In this document: piece by piece, positions 22,761 through 34,606 of the stretch
Layout: the number at the start of each line of letters is the position of its first letter
Position numbering within the stretch: position 1 is the stretch's first letter
From: Octopus bimaculoides
Lineage: Eukaryota
DNA length: 35,491 bases
Assembly (NCBI RefSeq): GCF_001194135.2
Contig: NC_069003.1
Location: 23,233,294 to 23,268,784 of the forward strand
Reading direction: 5' to 3'
Position numbers and translations under genes: made by a program
Notes under the pieces: model-generated
The model's database searches: none
Seen by the model: the letters and a program-made list of their open reading frames with translations, nothing else
What the model was told of the DNA's origin: nothing

Positions 22761-23070
22761 AGGGAGAATCGTTATTATAGGGAGAGTCAATATTAATAAC
22801 ACATGCTCTAGTTCATTTCACTCCTTTTGTTATTAGTCAGTTGGTTAAGTGTCCATCCAACATAATGATACTCCCCAGACACTGCAGAATTTGTTTCAAT
22901 GCATAAATTCGCATAAAAGAGTCTTGCAAACCAAATGCAAAAACGATGTGTGTGTGTGTGTGTGTGTGTCTTTATATATAGAGGAGAAAGAGAGGGAGAT
23001 CGAAGAGAGATGGAGAGGGAAGGTAGAAAGACAGACAAATATAAATATTGCTTTATATCATCATCAACAG

Positions 23071-23405
23071 TGAAGGCGCATGGCTCAGTGGTTAGAGCGT
23101 CTAGCTTATGATCGTGAGGTTGTGAGTTAGAATCCCGGACCGGGCTGTGTGTTGTGTTCTTGAGCAAGACACTTTATTTCACGTTGCTCCAGTTCACTCA
23201 GTTGTAGAAATGAGTTGCGACATCACTGGTGCCAAGCTGTATCAGCCTTGGCCTTTCCCTTGGATAACACTGGTGGCGTGGAGAGGGGAGGCTGGTAAGC
23301 ATGGGTGACTGCTGGTCTTCCATAAACAACCTTGCCCAGACTTGTGCCTGGGAGGGTAAATTTCTAGGAGCAATCCCATGGTCAGTCATGACCGAAGGGG
23401 GTCTC
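23071..23405 (+). mobile_element. tRNA-derived SINE, family C, full length, followed by (CAT)n
   Basis: A box TGGCTCAGTGG, B box GAGTTAGAATCCC, central gttgtgttcttgagcaagacacttt domain. Confidence 0.88.
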
Positions 23406-23844
23406 AGCATCATCAACATCATCAACATCATCATCATCGTCATCATCGTCATTGTCATCATCATTTAACGTCCACGTTGACATAGGTCGGACAGTGTGAA
23501 AGATCTCTTGACCCCCAAGGACTGCACTCTGCTCCAGTGTCTGTTCCTGTCTACTATTTCATCATAGCCTTTCTGCTGCCTCATATTGTCAGACATCCCC
23601 TCCTTCCCCACTCAATCCTGGTCCCTCTACTCCACCCATTTGTACCTTAAAAGTCTGCCCAGACACCACATAACCTTTATATTTCTTTGCTTTCCAGCTC
23701 CACCAGATCATTCCAACTTTCTTTTCAAAAATGGGAGCAGACCTGCAGCTTCTGTACAGCAACAGCCCTGTTCTGCTCTGGCCCCATCTCTCATAGTTTT
23801 ACCACTCTTGTAGCTTAACATAAACTCATTCCTATAGCCACCGG

Positions 23845-24000
23845 CATGGCTGTGTAGTTAGAAGCTTGCTTCCCAACCACATGGCTCTGATTTCAGACCC
23901 ACTGTATGACAACTTCAGCAAGTGTCTTCTACAATAGCCTGAAGCCGACCAAAGCCTTATGAATGTATTTGGTAGATGGAAACTGAAAGAAGCCCATCAT
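23845..24000 (+). mobile_element. SINE family A head
   Basis: ggcatggctgtgtagttag .. gaaactgaaagaagccc. Confidence 0.8.
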
Positions 24001-24220
24001 ATATATTTTCATTTTTCCTTTTATCTAGTTTCAGCTCATAAGCTGTGGCCATGCTGGGGGGATGTTTCTATGTGGCCTGCTTGTTTGTTGCACCTTGTTT
24101 ACCATTTTGTCTTTGTTCTTTTGCCACGTCATGTACCCAGTTATGTATCTATATGTACATGTAGATGAACGTATATACATACATGTACATATATATGCAT
24201 ATACTCATATATTGTTTATA

Positions 24221-24411
24221 NNNNNNNNNNNNNNNNNNNNNNNNNNNNNNNNNNNNNNNNNNNNNNNNNNNNNNNNNNNNNNNNNNNNNNNNNNNNNNNN
24301 NNNNNNNNNNNNNNNNNNNNNNNNNNNNNNNNNNNNNNNNNNNNNNNNNNNNNNNNNNNNNNNNNNNNNNNNNNNNNNNNNNNNNNNNNNNNNNNNNNNN
24401 NNNNNNNNNNN
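24221..24411. other. Assembly gap (N)
   Basis: Run of N. Confidence 1.
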
Positions 24412-24510
24412 ATATATGTAGAAGGTTGAAAAGGAACACATGAGTTGATATATATGTATATATGAAAAAAAAGTCAAGGTAGAAAATGCAAAAATAATTT
24501 TATAAAGAAC

Positions 24511-24555
24511 ATTTCAGTACCTGTTTCGGTCATTGAGACTTTTTCAACTGTAAGT
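24511..24555 (-). ncRNA. Minimal type I hammerhead ribozyme motif, left-arm copy
   Basis: Minus strand TTACAG TTGAAAA A GTC tcaat GAC C GAAAC AG GTA CTGAAAT. Confidence 0.55.
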
Positions 24556-24852
24556 ATGGAAAACAATTAAATTCTGGAGAAAATTACATGAAAAGTTTTT
24601 TTAAAAGAATATTTGCATAGTATTCAAACACAAGGGGCATTTCCTTGTTTCTGCCTGTCACTGTCTCTCTTGTTTACTCTTGTGGGTTCGAAGTCATTGA
24701 GTATCCACAACGCCCTCGAACCCACAAGAGTAAACAAGAGAGACAGCGACAGACAGAAACAAGGAAAATGCCCCTTGTGTTTGAATATTATGCAAATATA
24801 CTCTTAGAAAGCTTTTCATTTAATTTTTCCAAAATATGATTGTTTTCCATAC

Positions 24853-24894
24853 TTACAGTTGAAAAAGTCTCAATGACCGAAACCGGTACTGAAA
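24853..24894 (+). ncRNA. Minimal type I hammerhead ribozyme motif, right-arm copy
   Basis: TTACAG (stem I) TTGAAAA (core, 24859-24865) A GTC tcaat GAC C (stem II) GAAAC CG GTA (palindromic helix III ACCGGT, GUA triplet 24886-24888) CTGAAA (stem I'). Confidence 0.65.
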
Positions 24895-24973
24895 TGTTTT
24901 TATAAAATTATTTTAGCATTTTCTACCTTGACTTTTTTTTCCTTATACATATATATACTCTTTTACTCTTTTA

Positions 24974-25947
24974 NNNNNNNNNNNNNNNNNNNNNNNNNNN
25001 NNNNNNNNNNNNNNNNNNNNNNNNNNNNNNNNNNNNNNNNNNNNNNNNNNNNNNNNNNNNNNNNNNNNNNNNNNNNNNNNNNNNNNNNNNNNNNNNNNNN
25101 NNNNNNNNNNNNNNNNNNNNNNNNNNNNNNNNNNNNNNNNNNNNNNNNNNNNNNNNNNNNNNNNNNNNNNNNNNNNNNNNNNNNNNNNNNNNNNNNNNNN
25201 NNNNNNNNNNNNNNNNNNNNNNNNNNNNNNNNNNNNNNNNNNNNNNNNNNNNNNNNNNNNNNNNNNNNNNNNNNNNNNNNNNNNNNNNNNNNNNNNNNNN
25301 NNNNNNNNNNNNNNNNNNNNNNNNNNNNNNNNNNNNNNNNNNNNNNNNNNNNNNNNNNNNNNNNNNNNNNNNNNNNNNNNNNNNNNNNNNNNNNNNNNNN
25401 NNNNNNNNNNNNNNNNNNNNNNNNNNNNNNNNNNNNNNNNNNNNNNNNNNNNNNNNNNNNNNNNNNNNNNNNNNNNNNNNNNNNNNNNNNNNNNNNNNNN
25501 NNNNNNNNNNNNNNNNNNNNNNNNNNNNNNNNNNNNNNNNNNNNNNNNNNNNNNNNNNNNNNNNNNNNNNNNNNNNNNNNNNNNNNNNNNNNNNNNNNNN
25601 NNNNNNNNNNNNNNNNNNNNNNNNNNNNNNNNNNNNNNNNNNNNNNNNNNNNNNNNNNNNNNNNNNNNNNNNNNNNNNNNNNNNNNNNNNNNNNNNNNNN
25701 NNNNNNNNNNNNNNNNNNNNNNNNNNNNNNNNNNNNNNNNNNNNNNNNNNNNNNNNNNNNNNNNNNNNNNNNNNNNNNNNNNNNNNNNNNNNNNNNNNNN
25801 NNNNNNNNNNNNNNNNNNNNNNNNNNNNNNNNNNNNNNNNNNNNNNNNNNNNNNNNNNNNNNNNNNNNNNNNNNNNNNNNNNNNNNNNNNNNNNNNNNNN
25901 NNNNNNNNNNNNNNNNNNNNNNNNNNNNNNNNNNNNNNNNNNNNNNN
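24974..25947. other. Assembly gap (N)
   Basis: Run of N. Confidence 1.
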
Positions 25948-25984
25948 CATGTGTGTGTGTGTGTGTGTCTTTTTGTGTTTCTTT

Positions 25985-26185
25985 GTCATCTGCCTACTCC
26001 ACCACTTGACAAGTACTGTTAATGTGTTTACATCCCTGCAACCTAGCAGTTTAGCAAAAGACACCAATAGAATAAGTACCAAACTAAAGAAAAATGTACT
26101 CAGGCTGATTCATTCAACTAAAAATTCTTCAAAGTGGTGCCCCAGCATGGCCACAGTCAAATGACTAAAACAAATAAAAGAGAAG
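25985..26185 (+). mobile_element. SINE family A, 3' half, old copy
   Basis: cacttgacaa..ctagcagtttagcaaaagac..gtgccccagcatggccacagtc. Confidence 0.75.
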
Positions 26186-26619
26186 AAATGAATGATTTTT
26201 CTCTTGGTTCTTGTAGTCTTGTAAGCTCCATCAGTGCCTCATTAATGTTGGTGGCGGCACAAGTAAAGCTCCCAGTACTTAAAGTAAAGTGGCTGGCATT
26301 AGGAAGGGCATCAAGCCACAGAACCTATGATTACACAGACACTGGAGTATGATTAATTCCTTGGGCCCATTACTATCAAACTGTTTGACTCATGCTTGCA
26401 TGAATGTTCAATGATGATGACGTGAGTGAATTTGGTAGGCGGAAGCTCTGTCCTGTGTATATGTGTGTGAAAGTGCTCATGCCTTCTTGCACACACATAC
26501 ACACACACCCAATGTATGTAGGTGCATGTATATGTGTATATGTGCATATGTATATGTAAATATCTATATATTATGTTTGTATATATAAATCTGTCTATCT
26601 GCCCATTTCAATATTCATC

Positions 26620-26636
26620 CATCTATCTATCAATCG

Positions 26637-26708
<72 letters not shown>

Positions 26709-26725
26709 GTCTGTCTGTCTGTCTA

Positions 26726-26764
<39 letters not shown>

Positions 26765-26781
26765 GTCTGTCTGTCTGTCTA

Positions 26782-26857
<76 letters not shown>

Positions 26858-27032
26858 ATCTGTCTGCCCGTTCGTCCGTCTGTCCGTTCATCTGTCTGTC
26901 TATTTGTCTGTCTGACTGACTATCCATCTATCTAGCTATCTATGTATCCCTCCCTCCCTCCATCCATCCATCCATCCATCCCTCCCTCCATCCCTCCATC
27001 CATCCATCTATCTATCTATCTATCTGTCTATC

Positions 27033-27108
<76 letters not shown>
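26620..27108. repeat. (ATCT)/(GTCT)/(CCAT)/(CT)n compound tract
   Basis: Read directly. Confidence 0.95.
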
Positions 27109-27112
<4 letters not shown>

Positions 27113-27886
27113 CATTTTATGTGTCTGTACGTAGGTTTCTCAAGGCACCAGCCATCCCTTAACCTGTCTCCCAACTTATCGATCCCCCAAATCACCAATG
27201 CATGTGTCCGCCACTAACACACAAACACACAAAACGCAGTACAGTGTGCTACGTTGTGTACATTCCTGTTGAACAGTTGACAACTTTTCTGCGGATAGTT
27301 CAGAAGGCATGTGGGTGTGAGTAATCGTTGTTGGTGTTTATCTGTGTGAAGGAATTTTGTGGCGGCAGCAAGCATCCAGTAACCAGTAGCAAGGAATTTC
27401 TTTTGTTCAACAAAGGGTTCGACCAAGACAACATCAGTAACGGCGTCATTATTAACAACACAAATAGCACCAAAAATGGCTTTGGCTTGAGAAATATAAC
27501 AGCAACAACAATCCCACTGCAGCCTAGAAACTGATCACATTTATAAACTGATTTCTTCTACTTACTTACACATCACTATCTTTCAGTCACTCTGTCTGCC
27601 TGTCTGTCTCACTGCCTGCCTGCCTGTCTGTCTGTCTGTATGTGTGTGTGTGGATGAGTGTGTATGTATCTCCTTAGTCTGTTAGAGCATTTCGACTGAT
27701 CAAAATGTAAACTCTGCAATGTTTATTTTGTCATGATCTTCCACCCAGGGTACTCAAACTGGAAGCATATTACTATATATGTTTTTCTTTTTTTAATTTA
27801 AATTAGGTGTGAACTGAAACAATTGTAGGCAATGTTAATTAATGAATTAATTTACATCCATTGAATCTCTCCATTTCCAAACTTAT

Positions 27887-28003
<117 letters not shown>

Positions 28004-28784
28004 TGACATCTAATGAATTACCAAACATTACTCCAAGTTTCTCAGTGACTGTCCAAAGATCAACAATCAGAAACTCCAAGTACCAAGTTCTGAAATTTCA
28101 TTTCATCATCCAATAAATAGTATTACTTTACTTTCTGTATTGAGTAGTTTCTTTGTTCCTGTTATACACCTCAGTGTATACAATATTGTGTATGTATATA
28201 TATATATATATATATATATAAATTAAACAATGGGGTAAAAAATTGGATATTAATTAATATCAATTTAATACCAGGTAACTAGCACATTAAAAGAATCAGG
28301 GAGATTCTTCTAGCACATGACCAGTCCACCTACTGGCCTCCTGTATATATACTCATATATATCTTTATATATCTATATATACACACACACACATACTTAT
28401 ACACACACACACATATATATATTTATATGTACATATATATATATATTTAAATATATGTAGGGACAATAATATATATGTATATATGTGTGTGTGCGTGTGT
28501 GTTGTGTGTGTGTGTACTTGTATGTATAGGAATCTAATTCCAGTTTCATTCAGTTTTCCATTACTCTCCTTCTCTCTTTATATCCTTCCTCCTCTCCTTT
28601 CACCTTACTCTTGCTTATTGTTAATAGATTACATTGTTAGCTGTTTTGTGTGTGTGTGTGTACATAATGGGGCTTATGTGTACGTGTGTGTGTCCCACTA
28701 ATCCTTCCACACCTTCCCTTGTGTATAGCTTGGACCAAGGTGTAACCTACTTCTATACACTCCAGAAGCACCACCTCACCACCG

Positions 28785-29032
28785 GCAATAACAACAACAA
28801 CAACAGCAGCAGCAGTTGCGGCAGCAGCAGCAGCTACAACAGAACAACAATAACAACAACAATAGTCGGTGGACTAGAAAAAAAATTTTATTTGAATATT
28901 GTGATGTAAATTGACAAAACAAAAAAATAAAAAATAGAAGTAAATGTAAAAGTAGAAACACAAGGACAGCAAAAGCGAAATATATAAAATATACAAAACA
29001 AAACTAACAGCAACTCCAACAACAATAAAAAC

Positions 29033-29066
<34 letters not shown>

Positions 29067-29125
29067 GTAATGAGGATGATGATGATGACAATGATAATGA
29101 TGATGGTGATGATGATGATGATAAC
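28785..29125. repeat. (CAA)/(CAG)/(TAA)/(GAT) trinucleotide tracts
   Basis: Read directly. Confidence 0.85.
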
Positions 29126-29451
29126 TACTACAACAGTTGAAGGCTACGACATTTTGGGGTGAAAAAGTGATATTTTTGTAGTTTCATTTTCATTTTTGTC
29201 TCCCTGCCACCGGGTTGAGATATAATATAAAGAGACTAAATATATACAACCACACATACATATACAACCCTCACCTACACACTCATACCCGCCCCTCCAC
29301 ACACATACATATACATACATATATGTATATATATGTACATGCAAGCATACACACACGTATATATATACATACTTTACATTTAAAGTTACACATATACATC
29401 AGTTTATATATACGGATTTCAAAACACTTTAATTAATTAACAGACACAGTC

Positions 29452-29503
<52 letters not shown>

Positions 29504-29794
29504 TACATATACATATATATATAAATATATATATATATATAAGTATATATATATATATATACATACATATATGTGTGTGTGTTTGTGTTGTGTGTATGCA
29601 TCTGTGTGTGTATGTACATATGCATATACATGTATGTTGGTATCTGTGTATGTACATAAGCATGTACGCATGTATGTGTGTATATATGTATAAAGAGTGA
29701 GTGAGAGAGAGAGAGAGAGAGCGCTAAAGAGAAAGTGAGAGAAAAAAAGAGTCAGTCATTTGTAGTAAGCGACAGAGTCCAGGCGCAAGAAGCC

Positions 29795-29907
29795 ATGAGT
29801 CTGTTATGGAAACAGCTTTATTTAAAATGGAAAAAGTCTCAATATGAGATGAAACAGTCTCAATATACAACAATATTGAATGGATTAAATATGCGGAAGA
29901 AAAAGAG
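29795..29907 (+). CDS. Candidate first coding exon (MSLLWKQLYLKWKKSQYEMKQSQYTTILNGLNMRKKK)
   Basis: gccATG at 29795, 37 open codons, consensus donor GAG|gtgagt at 29908, initiator-like TCAGTC at 29752-29757, CpG-rich sequence downstream. No family recognised. Confidence 0.3.
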
Positions 29908-30099
29908 GTGAGTTCGCATTAACTTCTCTGTTTCATATAGCCTTGTTGTTTTTGTTGTTGTCATTGTCATCGACAGAGCGATACGATGGTGAAGAAAGGG
30001 GGTTCGGGGGTACGGTGGGGTGGTTGGACGGCATTTTCGTTTACGCCGCGCAGGGTTTTGCTCGAGTATAAGATCAGGTGAGAAAGATGGATATGATGC

Positions 30100-30246
30100 A
30101 GTTTTGAAGTGTAAATATATGTGTGCCCATGTGTCTGTGTGTGTGTGTGTTGATGTGTGTGTGCGTGTGTATGCATATGTATGTGTTTATGCATGCATGC
30201 ATGTATATGTGCACATGCATATACATAAATGCATGTATGTACATGC

Positions 30247-30328
<82 letters not shown>

Positions 30329-30432
30329 TGATATATATGTGTGTGTATGTATGAAATTCATATCTTTATGTATCATACATGTATGTGTATGTGCGTATAT
30401 TATATACATGTATGTATATCATACATGTATGT

Positions 30433-30494
<62 letters not shown>

Positions 30495-30726
30495 CGACAG
30501 ACAGATAAATAGATACATACATACATACATACATATGCATAAATATACATGCATGCAATTTAAAAAAATTCTTTTATGCCTTTCAGCCCAAAGGCTTTGC
30601 CCATGCTGGGGCATACATGTGCATATATATATACATATATATATGTGTGTATGTGTTGATGTGTGTGTGTGTACGTATGCTAGGGTGGTGTATGCATGTA
30701 AGTGTGTATGTGTATATATATATCTA

Positions 30727-30757
<31 letters not shown>

Positions 30758-31327
30758 GTGATGATAGATATATGTGTGTGTGTGTATATGTATATGTGAG
30801 TGTGTGTGTGTGTGAGCATGTACTCATACATCTACATATATTTATATATACTTAAACATATGTATATTTTAATTGTCCAGCCCATACCAACACAATGGGG
30901 ATATAAACATTTAATGATGATGATGATGATATGAATGTATATGCATGTGTATGTATATGCATATATGTATGCGTTTGTGTGTGGGAATAGATGTGTGTAT
31001 GTATCTATATGTATATGAGAAAAATCATGTATATACATGCATATATTTGTGTATGTGTGTATGTGTTTTGTATACATATATACATGTATGTGCACTATAG
31101 TCTGGCCAAAACTTCGAAGTCACAGTCAACACTATTGTTACAAAAGAATAATATGTACTCTATAGGAAGTACTGAATAACTCCTCAATGTTAATTTTTTT
31201 TTTATTAGCAATTGGAATATATGTTTGTGTGTATTTGTCGATATGTGTGTGTGTGTGTGTTTGTGTGTACATATAAATACATGTCGATATATACAGAGAG
31301 AAAGATAATACATATATATATACACGG

Positions 31328-31402
<75 letters not shown>

Positions 31403-31496
31403 TATATGTGTAGATATATATCTATATATCTATATCTATCTATCTATCTAAATATATGTGTGTATGTATGTATACACACTCATTCACACAGACACA

Positions 31497-31551
<55 letters not shown>

Positions 31552-31560
31552 ACACACACA
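30100..31560. repeat. Extended (AT)/(GT)/(CATA) microsatellite field
   Basis: Read directly. Confidence 0.9.
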
Positions 31561-31689
31561 CCACAGCACCACTGCCGGCCAGAATGTGCTTACCATTATT
31601 TTTCCTTTTGAATAATGCCATCCCACTGGCCAGGTGAGCAGGCCAGCATTCCCCATGGCTAGAAATCTATTCCGTCGCAGAGTTGCCCA

Positions 31690-31830
31690 TTTACAACTGA
31701 GTGTACTGGAGCAGTGTGAAATGAAGAGTTTTGTTCAAGAACACAACACACTACCCGATCTAGGAACTGAAACCATGATCAAGTGAACAAAAGTGCAACA
31801 GTCTATACACTAGGCCACATGTCTTCACAT
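31690..31830 (-). mobile_element. SINE family C head and central domain, diverged
   Basis: actgagtgtactggagcagtgtgaaatgaagagttttgttcaagaacacaacac is the reverse complement of the family C core. Confidence 0.7.
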
Positions 31831-31850
31831 TATATATATAAATATATACA

Positions 31851-31889
<39 letters not shown>

Positions 31890-31959
31890 TCTTATATATA
31901 CATATAAATACATATATATATATTTGTATATACATTTTTATATATATGCAGAAATGTGT

Positions 31960-32067
<108 letters not shown>

Positions 32068-32207
32068 TTGTGTGTGTGTGTATTTGTATTATGTATATAA
32101 TATATATGATGAACATATACATACATGCATATATATATATGTATGAATGTATGTATGTATGTATGTATACACATATATTTTCATATATATATAAATACAT
32201 ATATATA

Positions 32208-32961
32208 CAGGGTGCTATGGATAAATTGTCGCCTTATTATGTTTTTAATTTAGTGTATGCACATTGTTTTTGATTTTGTCAATTACACAGTATCGTAGGG
32301 TCAGTTGGGCGCCACCTGTGAAAAATACAGCATTATGATGCAATTTACTCTGCCAGAAATTTAGAAAAGACATGCTGCACTGTTTGGAATTCATGCCAGA
32401 AGCTCCATTATGAACATTTCAGAGTGTTTGGGTGTCAATCTGAGGACAGTACAGATGATTCAAAAAGACCTGAATGAGTCTAATGGTGATTATGAAGGGA
32501 AGACAGCTTGGAAAACTCACCTTGATCGTTCTGATAAGAAAAATACTCCAGGGACTCAGGAGTGTCTGAGTTTCTTACCAGGCAGGTTGTGTATGAAGAT
32601 ATTCGGTATTCCTCATACAAGATGAGAAAGGGCCAATTTTTACCCCAAGCCATCAAGGACAAGAGGATAAACCATGCTATGAAGCTTTTGAACAAACTCA
32701 AGCATCCCTCGTACCAAACATGATTTGGTTTTTCTCAGACGAGAAAAATTTCTGTCAGGATCAAATGGTGAACACACAGAACAACCGTTGGCTTGCTGTG
32801 TCCCCAAAACATGTACTGAGAGTGATAAAAATCAAACATCCAGTCAACATCATGGTGTTTGGAATGATCATTAGTGATGGTCACGTTATACCTCTATTCA
32901 TCTTCCCACACAGCCTAAAACTCAACATGGAGGCCTACATCAAGTGTCTGAAGGGTGGCTT
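32208..32961 (+). mobile_element. Tc1/mariner DD37D (maT-type) transposon, 5' part, decayed, runs into a gap
   Basis: TA then cagggtgctatggataaattg; MNISECLGVNLRTVQMIQKDL (HTH region); WFFSDEKNFCQDQMVNTQNNRWLAVSP..KHPVNIMVFG..DGHVIPLFIFP. Confidence 0.88.
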
Positions 32962-33288
32962 NNNNNNNNNNNNNNNNNNNNNNNNNNNNNNNNNNNNNNN
33001 NNNNNNNNNNNNNNNNNNNNNNNNNNNNNNNNNNNNNNNNNNNNNNNNNNNNNNNNNNNNNNNNNNNNNNNNNNNNNNNNNNNNNNNNNNNNNNNNNNNN
33101 NNNNNNNNNNNNNNNNNNNNNNNNNNNNNNNNNNNNNNNNNNNNNNNNNNNNNNNNNNNNNNNNNNNNNNNNNNNNNNNNNNNNNNNNNNNNNNNNNNNN
33201 NNNNNNNNNNNNNNNNNNNNNNNNNNNNNNNNNNNNNNNNNNNNNNNNNNNNNNNNNNNNNNNNNNNNNNNNNNNNNNNNNNNNNNNN
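32962..33288. other. Assembly gap (N)
   Basis: Run of N. Confidence 1.
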
Positions 33289-33339
<51 letters not shown>

Positions 33340-33686
33340 TATACATACATATATATAGATGACAATGGAAGAGGAAATTATGCAGTGAACAGCATTAGCC
33401 AACAACTACTTCTTCTATAAGATGGAGTGCATTCAGAGCTGAGTGTTTGTGCATCACCTTACAGCTTCCTCAGAGCTTCTAGAATGAACTACAATTTTAT
33501 ATGAGAAAGCATTTACATAAGCATGTATACTGAGTTCTAATACAAAACTATTAGTGCCCCTATGCCAAAGAGAAACATTAAAATATTCAAATGTAGTACT
33601 TGAGTGCATCACTTGTTGAACAAATGCTAGGCATGTCCAGATCAATGTTTATGATCTAACCTCATTATAATGGATTGTATGTATGT

Positions 33687-34293
33687 CTCTTCTATTTTTT
33701 AATTATTATAAATCTTCCACTGAAGTGGGAGCTGGTTTCCAACAAAGATACAAAGCTCCATCTTTGGGATGTAATTAACACAGACAGATTCACATTTGGA
33801 ACTTGAGAAAAGTCTTGCATATTTTTTCCGGTTCCACTCACAGATTGCACTTGTAACGTACGAATCAGCCGGTCGATTTCTCTTTCTGAAAATCCCAGTT
33901 TATCCAGATTCCCTTTCAAGCATTTACTAACAAAACCTAGTGCTCCAGTTATTATTGGTATGAATATAAATTCATAGTCTGGATCTAAAAGCTGGAGGTT
34001 TTAAAGCAGTTGTCCACAGATATCCTCTTTTCCTTTGATTTTCAAAGAGATATTTATATCTATAGGGCAGCTGGCCTCTATGATGGTACATACCTTTGCC
34101 CCTCTGTTCCAAACAACAATATCTGGCCTGTTATGTTTACATTTGACAGACGTTTTGACTCCACCAATATTCCTTAAGTTGGTGTTTATGAAAGTATTCC
34201 ATAACAGAGGGATTTTCTAAGCTTATTTCAAGACAGTCTTTTTTGTAGATGGCATTGTAAATTGCTTTAACAACAACGCTGTGTTGTATTGCG
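33687..34293 (-). mobile_element. 5'-truncated non-LTR retrotransposon 3' end, restriction-like endonuclease type (R4/Dong/NeSL-like)
   Basis: Minus strand QHSVVVKAIYNAI..KEYWW / KHNRPDIVVWNRGAKVCTIIEASCPIDINI..FIPIITGALGFVSKCLKGNLDKLGFSEREIDRLIRTLQVQSVSGTGK (RHD-like, PD-(D/E) and GALG motifs). Confidence 0.85.
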
Positions 34294-34567
34294 ATATGTA
34301 TGTATGTATGTATGTATGTACATGTATAGGAAAGCCTTCTTTTTTCTGTCAAAGGCTTCTATGCCCCTTTATTAGACTATTTTCCTTAGTCATTGCACGG
34401 TGATCGCCATAAGTTTTAAGCTTGTATAAAAAATACCATTATTATTATTGACAGGATTGTAAACTCAACGCTGTATAAAAAAATCATTTGCACCAAAAGC
34501 ATTGTAACCTCGTGGGCATCGGTACCATTTTCCTCTTTCTCCGTTCTTCCATTCTCCGAACTTTCCA

Positions 34568-34606
34568 TCTTTCCGACGAAGGGCTACGCCCGAAACGTCA
34601 TACACT
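34568..34606 (+). ncRNA. Minimal hammerhead-like motif in a short repeat (~34490-34690)
   Basis: CCGACGA (34573-34579) A GGGC tac GCCC GAAAC GTC; U4 is C and stem I pairing is poor. Confidence 0.45.

Larger units (their letters stand above)
24442..24960. mobile_element. Palindromic (foldback) element with ~230-bp arms and a 24-nt loop; probably Penelope pLTR-derived and non-autonomous
   Basis: Arms 24464-24691 and 24716-24941 are reverse complements at roughly 90% identity; loop 24692-24715. PLE origin is inference from the hammerhead motif. Confidence 0.8.

Noticed and set aside
3681-23405. tRNA genes suggested by A/B boxes
   Set aside because: The boxes belong to SINE heads; no cloverleaf with an acceptor stem can be drawn
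24613-24839. ORFs in the palindrome (..KCPLCLNIMQ..)
   Set aside because: Short and mirrored by the symmetry; resemblance to a PLE C-terminal PxGLN motif is too weak
28030-28090. ccaaaga..gaaactccaagta as a CpG-decayed hammerhead
   Set aside because: No convincing stem I or stem II
29828-29865. 14-nt match gaaaaagtctcaat to the 24.8-kb hammerhead, with a GTCTC/GAGAT stem and GAAACAGTC
   Set aside because: The core reads TGGAAAA and stem I does not pair; chance similarity or the candidate exon explains it
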